64,000 nt of DNA, from the NCBI GenBank assembly GCA_009914755.4, contig CP068257.2, positions 41,344,001 to 41,408,000 of the forward strand, given 5' to 3'. The translations under genes were made by a program, and so were the position numbers. The stretch comes from the human T2T-CHM13v2.0 reference genome, Homo sapiens. Below are positions 1 to 18,082 of the stretch, in pieces (the first letter of the stretch is position 1; each line of letters begins with the position of its first letter). The notes under the pieces are model-generated. The model was not told the DNA's origin and did no database searches. It saw only the letters and a list, made by a program, of their open reading frames with translations.

Positions 1-500
1 CTCTGAGACCAGGAGGCGGCATGCGGTTTCCATGTGATCCCCGATACCTTTGCCATCTTCTGTACTGTCAGCCACAAACGTAGGCCCGTTATCTGAGCTG
101 ATCCGTAAGGGCAGTCCCAATCTAGGAATCAGATCTCGAAGAAGCAGACGGGTTACTTCAGGAGCTTTCTCAGTTCGTGTTGGATAAGCCTCCACCCACC
201 CAGAGTAGGTACGCCCAAGAACTAGTAAATACTTGTTACCTCCACACTTTGGCATCTCTGTGAAGTCTACCTGGAGATCTTCAAAGGGGGCTGCTCCATA
301 AGCTTGTATGCCGGGCGGAACGGCTGGCACTTGCCTCGCATTACGCTGTCGGCAGATAACACACCGCTGCGTCACCGTTTTGGCAAGTGCTGACAAATGC
401 GAGACGTAGAAATACCGGCCTAACAACTTTTCCAGTTGACTCCTGACCTACATGGCATTCGAAACATGAGTATACAGAAGTCTTTGGTAATTCAGGATCA
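1..500 (-). mobile_element. ERV class I (gammaretrovirus-like) pol/integrase remnant, continues off left edge
   Basis: Minus-strand translation reads ...IQAYGAAPFEDLQVDFTEMPKCGGNKYLLVLGRTYSGWVEAYPTRTEKAPEVTRLLLRDLIPRLGLPLRISSDNGPTFVADS... This matches the MLV-type integrase catalytic core (W.IDFTE...YLLV.VDTFSGW.EAFPT...FG.P..I.SDNGPAF). It is degraded, with the catalytic D replaced in VLGRTYSGW. Confidence 0.6.
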
Positions 501-646
501 CTGATGAGTAAAACAAGATAGGAGTTGAAGCTTATCTTTGTTTAAAAAATCCTTTGGTCTTGGGTTAACAAGATAATGTAAATATGGCTTAAAGGAGAAT
601 CATTTCAAAAACAAAGCAAAACAAGGAAATGAAAAATAAAATTTAT

Positions 647-1154
<508 letters not shown>

Positions 1155-1870
1155 TCAAAAACAAAAAAAGAGTCGAAAATTTAAAAAAGGAATCTTTGTA
1201 TAAATAGAAAAAATGATTTTCGGAGGACTTCAAAAACTTTTTTTCTAAATCTTATATTGCTTTTAGAATTATCTTTCCTCATTGAAAAACTTTTTTTTTT
1301 TTTTTTTTTAATATGTAACTAGTGAAACTGTCCCCCAGGGTTAACAAGAATTCATACCTGGTTCTGGACAGAAATACAGTTCTAACTGTGAAAGGAAAGT
1401 CAGTCGCAGGACCCCACGCTGCCTCAGGCAAACCTGCCTCAAACTTTATTCCTAAGCAAGATTGCTACGAAGATAACAGGAAGCTACCTACCTTCCTCAC
1501 CATTTCCCCCACAAGGAAATTCCTTGAGGGCTTCAAGATCTTTACCTTAAAACAGTTCTTTTGAATTTCACCTGGCAAGGTAAATTGGTAGCTCATCTTC
1601 ACAGGTGTGGGACAAAGGACAGAATTCAGTCAGCCCTCTGCTGAGCTGCGACAAACGTATATCTGATTGCTTCCTCTGCCCTATTGTTTATTTATTTATT
1701 TATTACTTTTGGCTTATTTCTCCAAGACAAATGCCCTATTGTTTATGCAAAAATGTAGATTCACTGAGCCAGACTAAGGCGTAAGTGACTATTCCTCTAC
1801 CCGCCTCTCACATGTAAATTGTGTATTCAGTGAAAGGCTGTTCAAGGACTCAAAAGAATGCAACCTTTTG

Positions 1871-2245
<375 letters not shown>

Positions 2246-2436
2246 TTACACATATTGATTGACGTTTCACGTCTTTTTCTTTTTTGTTTCTTTTCTATTG
2301 TTTCTAACCCTCAGTATTCATATCATGTCTCTCTAAAACGTAAACACCAAGCTATGCCCTGATCACGTGGGGCACATATCCTCAGGACCTCGTGAGGCTG
2401 TGTCTCAGGCACGTCCTTAAATCTTGGCAAAATATC

Positions 2437-2655
<219 letters not shown>

Positions 2656-2876
2656 AAACCTTGGCAAAATAAATTTTCTAAATTAATTGAGACCTGCCTC
2701 AGATACTTTTGGGTTCTTGTAACTAAGCATTCATCAGGCTGCACTTTAGCCCACTTTCTTGTAACTGAAAGTCCCCTAGCCATAGATACTGACAATTTGC
2801 ACCCCTATTGTTCCCACAGATAGGATCTCTGACGTTAGAATCATAAGGCTTTCGTTTAAGAATTGCTTAAGATGTA

Positions 2877-3167
2877 GGCCGGGTGTGGTGGCTCATGCCT
2901 GTACTCCCAGCACTTTGGGAGAATGAGGTGGGTGGGTCACTTGAGGTCAGGAGTTTGAGACCAGCCTGGCCAATATGGTGAAACCCCGTCTCTACTGAAA
3001 ATACAAAATTAGCTGGGTGTGGTGGCACGTGCGTGTAATCCTAGCTACTCAGGAGGCTGAGGCAGGAGAATCGATTGAACCTGGGAGGCGGAGGTTGTGG
3101 TGAGCCAAGATTGCAGCATTGCACTCCAGCCTGGGCAACAAGAGCAAAACTCTGTCTCAAAAAAAAA
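2877..3167 (+). mobile_element. Alu
   Basis: Alu consensus. It shares the 17-bp TSD AAGAATTGCTTAAGATG (2858-2874 and 3464-3480) with the next Alu, which sits in its tail. Confidence 0.85.
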
Positions 3168-3183
3168 GGGGGTGGGGTGGGGG

Positions 3184-3466
3184 GCTGGGCGCGGTGGCTC
3201 ACGCCTGTAATCCCAGCACTTTGGGAGGCCAAGGTGGGCGGGTCACGAGCTCAGGAGATCGAGACCATCCTGGCTAACACGGTGAAACCCCGTCTCTACT
3301 AAAATACAAAAAGCCAGGCGTGGTGGCGGGCACCTGTAGTCCCAGCTACTGGGGAGGCTGAGGCAGGAGAATGGCATGAACCCAGGAGGCGGAGCTTGCA
3401 ATGAGCCACTGCACTCCAGCCTGGGGGACAGAGCAAGATTCCGTCTCAAAAAAAAAAAAAAAAGAA
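3184..3466 (+). mobile_element. Alu (AluY-like) inserted in poly-A tail of preceding Alu
   Basis: GGCTGGGCGCGGTGGCTCACGCCTGTAATCCCAGCACTTTGGGAGGCCAAGGTGGGCGGGTCACGAGCTCAGGAGATCGAGACCATCC ... poly-A. Confidence 0.85.
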
Positions 3467-3956
3467 TTGCTTAAGATGTTTTCCAGATTCTGAATTCCAG
3501 CAGAATGGCTGACACTAGACAGTTTAAAGCCCCTTCGCAGAGTAACCAAGTCAACATGAGAATCCAGGTGTCTGTCTCCAACCTGTGCTTTTCGACCAAT
3601 CAGTGATGCCCACACCTTGGTCCACTTCAAACCTCTTAAGATCCCCAGCCCCAGACTCCTGAGGGAAGCTGCTTTGAGGTGTCCTCTCCTCTAGGCATTC
3701 CGCAGCATTAGGACGACACCTCTCTCTCTCTGCTGGAACCCTCCATCGGTGTTTGGACTTGTGCATCAGGCAACCGACCTGTTAAGGTCACAGCAGCAAA
3801 AGCTGAGCTAATGGTGTTATTTCCATCAAGCTGTTAAGCCTGTAAAGATCTTTATCAGGCGAGACTTTGTGGTCCTGTCATACCGAAAGTAGTGCAAGGG
3901 TACACCCCTCTGTAGCCGACCAGAATATGCCACTCCAAATGTGCCTCTTGGCATAG

Positions 3957-3975
3957 AATTATTATTATTATTATT
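3957..3975. repeat. (ATT)n microsatellite adjoining Alu poly-T
   Basis: ATTATTATTATTATT directly followed by T-run. Confidence 0.8.
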
Positions 3976-4289
<314 letters not shown>

Positions 4290-4480
4290 TGAGCTGATTA
4301 TTTTGACAGCCAGCAGACACAGGAGTCCTGGATACAGTGTATAAATTACCCTTTTGTAAGGGAAATCTACATTTATAAAGGAATCTCCATTGGTCCCGGC
4401 ATCTTCCTCTTCATATCAGGAGGAGGAGGATTCTAAATCACAAGAGACATCATCCGCATAACAAACCCTGCCCTTGTTGA

Positions 4481-4873
<393 letters not shown>

Positions 4874-4882
4874 TCAAAATTC

Positions 4883-5140
4883 TTTTTTTAAGACAAGGTC
4901 TCACTTTGTCGCCCAGGTTGGAGTGCAGTGACGCGAACACAGCTCACTGCGGCCTCCCAGGCTCAAGCAATCCTCCTACCTCAGCCTCCCTAGTAGCTCA
5001 GACTACAGGTGTGCACCACCACGCCCCACTAACTTTCTTTTTGTATGTTTTATAGAGATGGAGTTTTGCCATGTTGCCCAGGCTGGTCTGGAACTCCTCA
5101 GCTCAAGCGATCCACTTGCCTCAGCCTCCCAAAATATAAC
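4883..5140 (-). mobile_element. Alu (partly deleted)
   Basis: TTTTTTTAAGACAAGGTCTCACTTTGTCGCCCAGGTTGGAGTGCAGTG... Confidence 0.75.
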
Positions 5141-5305
5141 CACCCAACGAGTTCACCTTGCCTGCTGTCTAGACAGCTGATTTATCAACACAGGGGAACT
5201 GAAATAGAGAAAGAGCAATTTACCAGGGCCAGCTATGTGGGAGACCAGAGTTTTATTATTACTCGGATTACTCAAAATTACCCAAGAATTTCGGGATCAG
5301 AGGTG

Positions 5306-5602
5306 TTTTTTGTTTGTTTGTTTGTTTGTTTGGGACAGAGTTTCACTCTGTCACCCAGGCTGGAGTGCAATGGTTCGATCTCGGCAACCTCTGCCTCCTG
5401 GGTTCAAGCAAATCTCCCGCCTCAGCCTCCTAAGTAGCTGGGATACAGGCACACCATCACCATGCCTGGCTAATTTTTGTATTTTTGTAGAGACGGGGTT
5501 TCGCCATGTTGGCCAGGCTGGTCTTGAGTTCCTGACTTCAGGTGATCCACCCACCTCGGCCTCCCAAAGTGCTGGGATTACAGGCATGAGCCACTGCGCC
5601 TG

Positions 5603-5605
<3 letters not shown>
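5306..5605 (-). mobile_element. Alu
   Basis: (TTTG)n head then GGGACAGAGTTTCACTCTGTCACCCAGGCTGGAGTGCAATGG ... GAGCCACTGCGCCTGGCC. Confidence 0.85.
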
Positions 5606-6291
<686 letters not shown>

Positions 6292-7403
6292 CCAGAGTTT
6301 TTAAGGATAATTTGGTGGGTAGGGAGCCGTTGGGTCAGGAGTGCTGATTTGTCAGGTCGGAGATGAAATTACAGGAAGTTGAGGCTGTCCTCTTGGGCTG
6401 ACTTGGTTCCTGGGAGGGGGTCAGAAGACCCCATGAGCCAGTTTATCGGTAGGAGTGGTGTCAGCTGATCCATCGAGTGCAGGGTCTGCAAAATATCTCA
6501 AGCGCTGATCTGAGGTTTGACAGTAGTGATGTGATCCCTAGGAGCAATTTTGCAGCCTCCAGCTGCAAGACTCCTAAACAATAATTTCTAATTTTGTGGC
6601 TAATTTGTTAGTCCTGCAAAGGCAATCTAGTCCCCAGGTAGGAAGGGGATGTGTTTAGGGAAAGGGCTCTATCGTCTTTGTTTCAAAGCTAAACCATAAA
6701 CTAAGTTCCTCCCAGAGTTAGTTCGGCCTCCACCCAGGAACAAACAAGGACAGCTTGGAGGTTAGAAGCAAGATGGACTTAGTTAGGCCAGATGTCTTTC
6801 ACTGTAATGATTGCCTCACTTATAATTTTTGCAAAGGTGGTTTCAAAAGGGCTGGGATAGAAGCCCAAATTCTATGTCACCTCTTTAAATTTACTCATCC
6901 CTGAGTTTCTCCATTATCCCTGAGAGATACATGCTAATAAACATCCATCTTTCCCCTGTTAATTTGTCTTTTGTAGCAGGGTCCCCAGTGAGAACCTGGA
7001 AGGGTAGAATAAAATGAGCAATTTTCCTTCCCCTACACAGTTAAAAGAGAAGAGCTCTGGCGGGATGAAGACCTGGGCCTGGAGCCTGTCTTGAACACGC
7101 CCAGTGGTTTTCTCCCATGTAAAAGGAGCTGGAGAGATTTCTCCCATCTCTAGAATTCCATGAATGCATTCTGTTCCTTAATCTTTCCACTGATCCTGAC
7201 TGATAATTGCACATACACAAAAGTGCACTTACTTGTAGATGCTAGGATATGTGGAGGTAGGGACAGTATTCCTAGTATATGTAAGAAGGGTATATGTATC
7301 CAGTATCCTAGTATATGTATCCAGTCACACATGCAGGAAGCAAGAGAGGCAGCTGACACGGCCACCAAGGGAGGCACCCTGTCCAGACCAAGCCCACAAG
7401 CTT

Positions 7404-7538
7404 CTCTTTCTTTTTTCTTTTCTTTTCTTTTCTTTTCTCCCTTCCCTTCCCTTCCCCTCCCCTCCCCTCCCCTCCCCTCCCCTCCCCTCCCCTCCCCTCC
7501 CCTCCCCTCCCCTCCCTTCCCTTCCCTTCCCTTCTCTT
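7404..7538. repeat. compound microsatellite (CTTT)n(CCCTT)n(CCCCT)n derived from an Alu poly-A tail
   Basis: TCTTTC TTTTTTCTTTTCTTTTCTTTTCTTTTCTCCCTTCCCTTCCCTTCCCCTCCCCT...x11...CCCTTCCCTTCCCTTCTCTTCG. It abuts the 3' end of the minus-strand Alu at 7539. Confidence 0.85.
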
Positions 7539-7696
7539 CGACGGAATCTTGCTCTGTCGCCCAGGCTGGAGTGCAGTGGTGTGATCTTGGCTCACTGCAA
7601 AATCCGCCTCCCAGTTTCAAGCAATTCTCTGCCTCAGCCTCCAGAGTAGCTGGTGCCCATCGCCATGCCCAGCTAATTTTTGTGTAAAAATTGGCC
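7539..7696 (-). mobile_element. Alu right-arm (5' truncated); TSD CAAGCTTCT
   Basis: ACGGAATCTTGCTCTGTCGCCCAGGCTGGAGTGCAGTGGTGTGATCTTGGCTCACTGCAA... The flank CAAGCTTCT is repeated at 7397 and 7700. Confidence 0.8.
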
Positions 7697-7735
7697 CCGC
7701 AAGCTTCTTTCTATCCTCAATGAAAATACGTTGTG

Positions 7736-8030
<295 letters not shown>

Positions 8031-8076
8031 AGAAAGACAGAAAAGAAAATATGTAGTAGAAACAGCAACTGTGTTG

Positions 8077-8205
8077 GCTGGACACAGTGGCACATACCTG
8101 TAATCCGAGCACTCTGGGAGGCTGAGGCAGGCAGATTGCCTGAGCTCAGGAGTTGGAGACCAGCCTGGGCAACATGGCAAAACCCATCTCTTTTAAAAAT
8201 AGAAA
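8077..8205 (+). mobile_element. Alu left-monomer fragment (FLAM-like)
   Basis: GGCTGGACACAGTGGCACATACCTGTAATCCGAGCACTCTGGGAGGCTGAGGCAGGCAGATTGCCTGAGCTCAGGAGTTGGAGACCAGCCTGGGCAACATGGCAAAAC. Confidence 0.7.
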
Positions 8206-8212
8206 GGAAAGG

Positions 8213-8645
<433 letters not shown>

Positions 8646-9129
8646 TCAGCTTGATGCTCCTTTTCGTGCTAACTGTGCACTGCCTGGGCACAGAAGGCAG
8701 CGTGCCAGCTCGCCTCCCTTGCCTCTGGGCATTCCTCTGTAGCCTGGAGAGGGGCCCACCATCCCTCCCGTCCCTCCCTCTTCTCTCCCCTACCCCACTC
8801 CTCATCCAAGCTGAGAGGGGGCACATTCCCTCCAGTGAGGGTCCAGGCCCGGGGGGCCTGTGCAGGCAGGAAAGCAACCTGTCCACATAGCACTGCTGTG
8901 GGCAGGTAGGAAGCAGGACTGCGGGGACTAGGAGGCCCCTTCTCTGTGCCTGATTTTAGCTGCACAGTCCCGCCAGGAAGGGCCAATGGTGAGCGGTCAC
9001 TGGGACCATGGGCCTTCCAGGATTGTCCTACTGCGGCCTTGGTGTCCACAGTGGGAAAGCAGGCAACGGTGCCATGTGTGGGTAAATGTCACTAAAGCAT
9101 ATGCCATTGTGAGGGTCCAGAGACAGGAA

Positions 9130-9700
9130 TGCATCCTGCATTAGTCAGGGTTCTCCAGAGAAACAGAACCGATAGGATGGAGATAGATGTACATAGACGG
9201 ATAGTGAGAGAGGGAGAGATTTATTTTAAGAATCGAGACTGGCAAGTCTGAAATTTGCAGGGCAGTCTGGAAATTCTAGCAAGAGATGCTGCTGGCGGTG
9301 CGGCGTGAGTCCCAATTCAAAGGCAGTGTGGAGGCAGAATTCCTTCCTTCTTAGGGAACCTCAGTCTTTTCTCTGAAGGCCTTAAATGGATGCATGAGGC
9401 CCACGCACATTATGGAGGGTAACGTGCTTCACTGAAATCTACTTAGGAAAATGTTAATCCCATCTAAAAACATCTTCACAGACACATCCAGGGTGCTCTG
9501 TGACCACTGAGCCAGGCACCATAGCCTAGCCACATTGACACATAAAATTAACCAGCCCAGGTCCCAAAGCTCAGGAAGTATCATCTTGTCCCAGGGCAGG
9601 TAACCCCATATCCAGTGCCACCCGTACACCCCACCGTATTGGAGTTCCTGCTCATCGAGCTTCCTCACCTGTCTGAGCACACCTGGCTCAGGTGCAGCCG
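9130..9700 (+). mobile_element. old interspersed repeat, probably an LTR/MaLR-type solo LTR (family not assigned)
   Basis: It contains CATTAGTCAGGGTTCTCCAGAGAAACAGAACC ... CCACGCACATTATGGAGGGTAACGTGCTTCACTGAAATCTACT ... GACACATAAAATTAACC. I recall this as a very common mammalian repeat, but this is memory only. Confidence 0.3.
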
Positions 9701-9839
9701 TTGTCCATCAGGGACCCGGAGCCTTCTCTTGCTGTCTCCATCCAGGCTCCCCAAGGCTTTGGTCTCTTCCATTGCTGACTTGCCCTGTTGAGCTGGGGCT
9801 CATCATATTTCTCTATTGTTGCTGTAGTTTTTGTGTGTG

Positions 9840-9972
9840 GAATTTTTTTATTTTTGTAGAGACGGGTCTTACTATGTTGTCCAGGCTGGTCCCAAACTCC
9901 TGGCCTCAAGCAGTCCTCCTGCCTTGGCCTCCCAAAGTACTAGGACTACAAGTGTGAGCCATGGAGCCCAAC
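9840..9972 (-). mobile_element. Alu right-arm fragment
   Basis: TTTGTAGAGACGGGTCTTACTATGTTGTCCAGGCTGGTCCCAAACTCCTGGCCTCAAGCAGTCCTCCTGCCTTGGCCTCCCAAAGTACTAGGACTACAAGTGTGAGCC. Confidence 0.75.
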
Positions 9973-10006
9973 CAGTTAATCATGTTTCAACTGTTCATTG
10001 ACCTCA

Positions 10007-10328
<322 letters not shown>

Positions 10329-10368
10329 AATTTCAATTAAAATAAAATTAAAAAGAAGGCCAGTTTTG

Positions 10369-10677
<309 letters not shown>

Positions 10678-10678
10678 A

Positions 10679-11305
<627 letters not shown>

Positions 11306-11306
11306 G

Positions 11307-12237
<931 letters not shown>

Positions 12238-12321
12238 TAGAATTGGCTTTTATCAGTTAATAAACTTGAGTGATTTGGAGACTAATTAGAGTGCACACTA
12301 ATACAATATTTGAATAGTTCC

Positions 12322-12618
<297 letters not shown>

Positions 12619-12702
12619 ATTGAACAGTTCCTGGCATGAGATGTATGAGACATTGGAGCAGTGTGTGAGAATGAACTCTATGCAAAATCAAAAGCAGATG
12701 AG

Positions 12703-12950
12703 GGCCAGGCGCGGTGGCTCAGGCCTGTAATCCCCGCACTTTGGGAGGCCGAGGCGAGTGGATCACCTGAGGTCAGTCAGGAGTTCAAGACCAGCCTGGC
12801 TAACATGGCAAAACCCTGTCTCTACTAAAAATGCAAAAATTAGCTAGGCGTGGTGGTGGGCACCTGTAATCCCAGCTACTCAGGAGGCTGAGTCAGGAGA
12901 ATTGCTTGAACCCAGGAAGCGGAGGCTACAGCGAGCCGAAATCAGCGCCC
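12703..12950 (+). mobile_element. Alu, 3' truncated
   Basis: GGGCCAGGCGCGGTGGCTCAGGCCTGTAATCCCCGCACTTTGGGAGGCCGAGG... Confidence 0.8.
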
Positions 12951-13125
12951 TAGTTTTCAGTGGCTTCTCGTTCATTTTTCTCAGTGAAGCCTCTCAGATC
13001 CTAATCATCCTTTAAGAACAACTCAAGTTCCTCCAGTGTCATTTTCAAATACTCCCCCATGTACCGTAGCTCTGGTGTGTGCTGTGCCCCATCTGGGTTA
13101 CTGCTACCTTTATTCCCTGTGCCTC

Positions 13126-13305
13126 ACAAGTGAGTGCTGGGATTACAGGCGTGTGCCACCACGCCCGGCTAATTTTTTGTATTTTTAGTAGAGACGGAGT
13201 TTCACCATCTTGGCCAGGCTGGTCTTGAACTCCTGACCTCATGATCCACCCTCCTCGGCCTCCCAAAGTGCTGGGATTACAGGCGTGAGCCATCGTGCCC
13301 GGCCT
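13126..13305 (-). mobile_element. Alu fragment
   Basis: GCTGGGATTACAGGCGTGTGCCACCACGCCCGGCTAATTTTTTGTATTTTTAGTAGAGACGGAGTTTCACCATCTTGGCCAGGCTGG... Confidence 0.75.
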
Positions 13306-13450
13306 ACTGCAACCTGTTTTATTAGCAAGGTCTTTATGACTTGTATTGTATCTTGTCCTGACCTCTTATACCATCCTGTGACTTTGAATGCCTTAACTGT
13401 CTGGGAATGCAGCCCAGTAGGTTTCAGCCTCATTTCACCCAGCTCCTATT
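13305..13450 (-). mobile_element. LTR12-family-like (HERV9 LTR) fragment, copy C
   Basis: The reverse complement aligns to 16040-16140 of copy A (…CCTATTGGGCTGCGTTTCCAGGAGGTTAAGGCATTCTTAGTCACAGG…GACCTTGCTGATAAAACAGGT…). Confidence 0.5.
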
Positions 13451-13494
13451 CAAGATGGAGTTGGTCTTCTTCATACGCCTCACGTATTTCTCCT

Positions 13495-13617
13495 TTTTTT
13501 TTTTTTTTTTTTTTTTTTGCGACAGGGTCTTACTCTGTTGCCCAGGCTTCAGTGCAGTGGCATGCTCTCAAGCCTTCCAAGTAGCTGGGACTACTGGTGT
13601 GCACCATGACACCTGCT
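13495..13617 (-). mobile_element. Alu fragment (internally deleted)
   Basis: Poly-T then GCGACAGGGTCTTACTCTGTTGCCCAGGCTTCAGTGCAGTGGCATG. Confidence 0.6.
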
Positions 13618-13637
13618 AGTTACAAATTTTTTTTTGC

Positions 13638-13932
<295 letters not shown>

Positions 13933-14205
13933 TTTTTTTCTTCTTTTGTAGAGACCAGGATGGGTGTGTGCAGGGGGCAGTGGGGGGGTCTCACCATATT
14001 GCCCACACTAGTCTCAAACTCCTGGCCTCACGCCTCCTGAAGTGCTGGGATTGCAGGAATGAGCCACTGCACCCAGTCTAGTCATGTCTTTCTTTTTCTT
14101 TTTTTGAGACAGAGTCTCGCTCTATACCCCAGGCTGGAGTGCAGTGGCATGATCTCGGCTGACTGCAATCTCTGTCTCCTGGATTCAAGCAATTCTCATG
14201 CCTCT
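13933..14205 (-). mobile_element. two Alu fragments (13933-14080 right arm with a GGGTGTGTGCAGGGGGCAGTGGGGG insert; 14099-14205 left arm)
   Basis: GTCTCACCATATTGCCCACACTAGTCTCAAACTCCTGGCCTCA...; TTTTTGAGACAGAGTCTCGCTCTATACCCCAGGCTGGAGTGCAGTGGCATGATCTCGGCTGACTGCAA. Confidence 0.65.
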
Positions 14206-14726
14206 GTGATACCCTACCTTGTTTTAACCTGAGTGACCCTCTCCTAGGAGAGAGAGAGCCAGACAGACTCCATTTTAGTTTCTTCATTGGCAGCCCCCTT
14301 TCACCTCCCTCCCTTAAGGCGTAGCTAGTGTAAACTGACTCTAAGCACGTCCAGGAATGCACCTACTGATAAGATAGTGAGGCAAGCCGCACTAGCAGCT
14401 CCTGGGGATGAGCACGGTGGATGGCACCCAAAACCCCTGCATTTATCTCTTTGTGATAGTTTAAGCCCCTGCACCTGGAACTGTTTATTTTTTTAACTGC
14501 ATTTGTAACCAATTAATTTTTTAATTTTTTGCCAGTTCTGCTTCTGTAAAAATTGTTTCAGCTAAAATCCCCCTCCCCTATTTAGACCATGGTATAAAAA
14601 CAAAACTAGCCCCTTCCTCGGGGCCGAGAGAATTTTGAGCGTTAGCTGCCTCTTGGTTGCCGGCTAATAAAGGACTCTTTAATTTGTCTCAAAGTGTGGC
14701 GTTTCTCTATAACTCGCTTGGTCACA

Positions 14727-15362
<636 letters not shown>

Positions 15363-15401
15363 TTAACAAATATTATAGAAAACATGTTGTAAAGAAAATA
15401 G

Positions 15402-15740
<339 letters not shown>

Positions 15741-15983
15741 GTTTTTTTTTCTTTAGAAACCACTTCGGTGCTCAACACCGGGAAGAGGGCCCCCATGGCC
15801 ACACAGGTGTGGTTGGAGGCAAAGGTGGATTCACAGGGAAGCAAATGAGTCTTCACCCCCTCTAAAGCCCCATACCTACCTCACTTTGAATTATTTTCCT
15901 AAAGACTCCTCACAGTATGCAAGTTTCAGGGCCCAGCAAACTTTGCCCATCCCTGGAGGAGGAGACACTACTGATAGTGCATC

Positions 15984-16661
15984 TGTCAGGGGCATTTGAA
16001 CCAAAGCGACTCCATCTTGAATAGCGACTGGGTAAAATAAGACTGAGACCTATTGGGCTGCGTTTCCAGGAGGTTAAGGCATTCTTAGTCACAGGGAGAG
16101 ATAGGAGGACACAAGACACAGGTCACAAAGACCTTGCTGATAAAACAGGTAAAGAAGCCGGCCAAATCCCACCAAAACCAAGATGAGGATGAAAGTGACT
16201 GCTGGTCGTCCTCACTGCTCATTATATGCTAATTATAATACATTAGCATGCTAAAAGACACTCCCACCACTGTCAGGACAGTTTACAAATGCCATGGCAA
16301 TGGCAGGAGGTTACCCTATATGGCCTAAAAAGGGGAGGAACCCTCAGTTCCCACCCCTGTTCAGGAAACCTCATGAATAACCCACCCTGTGTTTAGCATA
16401 TAATCAAGAGCTAACAATATATGTATAAGCTGCCGGGGGAGGAAGGCAGGGCAGGAAAGAAAAACAAGCAAGCAAACAAACAAAAAGTATAAGCAACTGA
16501 GCAGCCACGCCACTGGTGGGCCTATGGAGTAGCTGTTCTTTTATTCCTTTGCTTTCTTAATAAACTTGCTTTCAGTTTATGGACTTGCCCTGAGTTCTTT
16601 CTTGCTCAAGATCCAAGAATCCCCTCTTGGGGTCTGGATCAAGACCCCCTTTCTGGCAACA
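15984..16661 (+). mobile_element. LTR12-family-like solo LTR (HERV9 LTR), copy A
   Basis: It starts TGTCAGGGGCATTTGAACC. It contains …ATGCCATGGCAATGGCAGGAGGTTACCCTATATGGCCTAAAAAGGGGAGGAACCCTCAGTTCC…, a polyadenylation signal (TTTCTTAATAAACTTGCTTTCAG) at ~16555, and the end GGGGTCTGGATCAAGACCCCCTTTCTGGCAACA. It also carries an internal (CAAA)n-type simple repeat at 16455-16490. The family assignment is from memory of the LTR12 3' region. Confidence 0.55.
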
Positions 16662-17104
16662 CATCCCGGCCTTTCCCCCTTTTCTGAAGACAGACTTCAG
16701 AAATGAAAAAGAAGGGTGGCCGCTCATGGTGGGTGAAAGGGCAAAGCAGCTGGCAGAGAAGGCACCTAGCTGATGACCCCAGAGTCTTCTGGGCCCAGAG
16801 TGGGATGGCAGGGCCTGGGCTTCTGTCTGCCCTGGACTTGCTGCAGCTGCTTCCTGGGCTCTGGGTGACCATGCGCTCAGGTCCTCCTGTGGAACTCCTG
16901 CTGTCTCACAGGCCAGATGCAAATAAATGAAAGCTTCAGACCGGGGGCAGGTGTAGGTGTGGCCAGTGAGCCCCGGGCTGCTTCCAGGGGCCTGAACAGC
17001 ATGTCACAGGGCCCCTGCCCCTGCTGAGAAGGGCCCAGGCTGGGGGTAAGGTTCTGCTGTCACTGCCTTGAAATTCTTCACTGTAATTTCTGAGCCAGGG
17101 ACTT

Positions 17105-18082
<978 letters not shown>

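Noticed and set aside
7150-7687. ORFs encoding (GEGRG)n / (PLPSP)n repeats
   Set aside because: Translation of the (CCCCT)n/(AGGGG)n microsatellite derived from an Alu tail.
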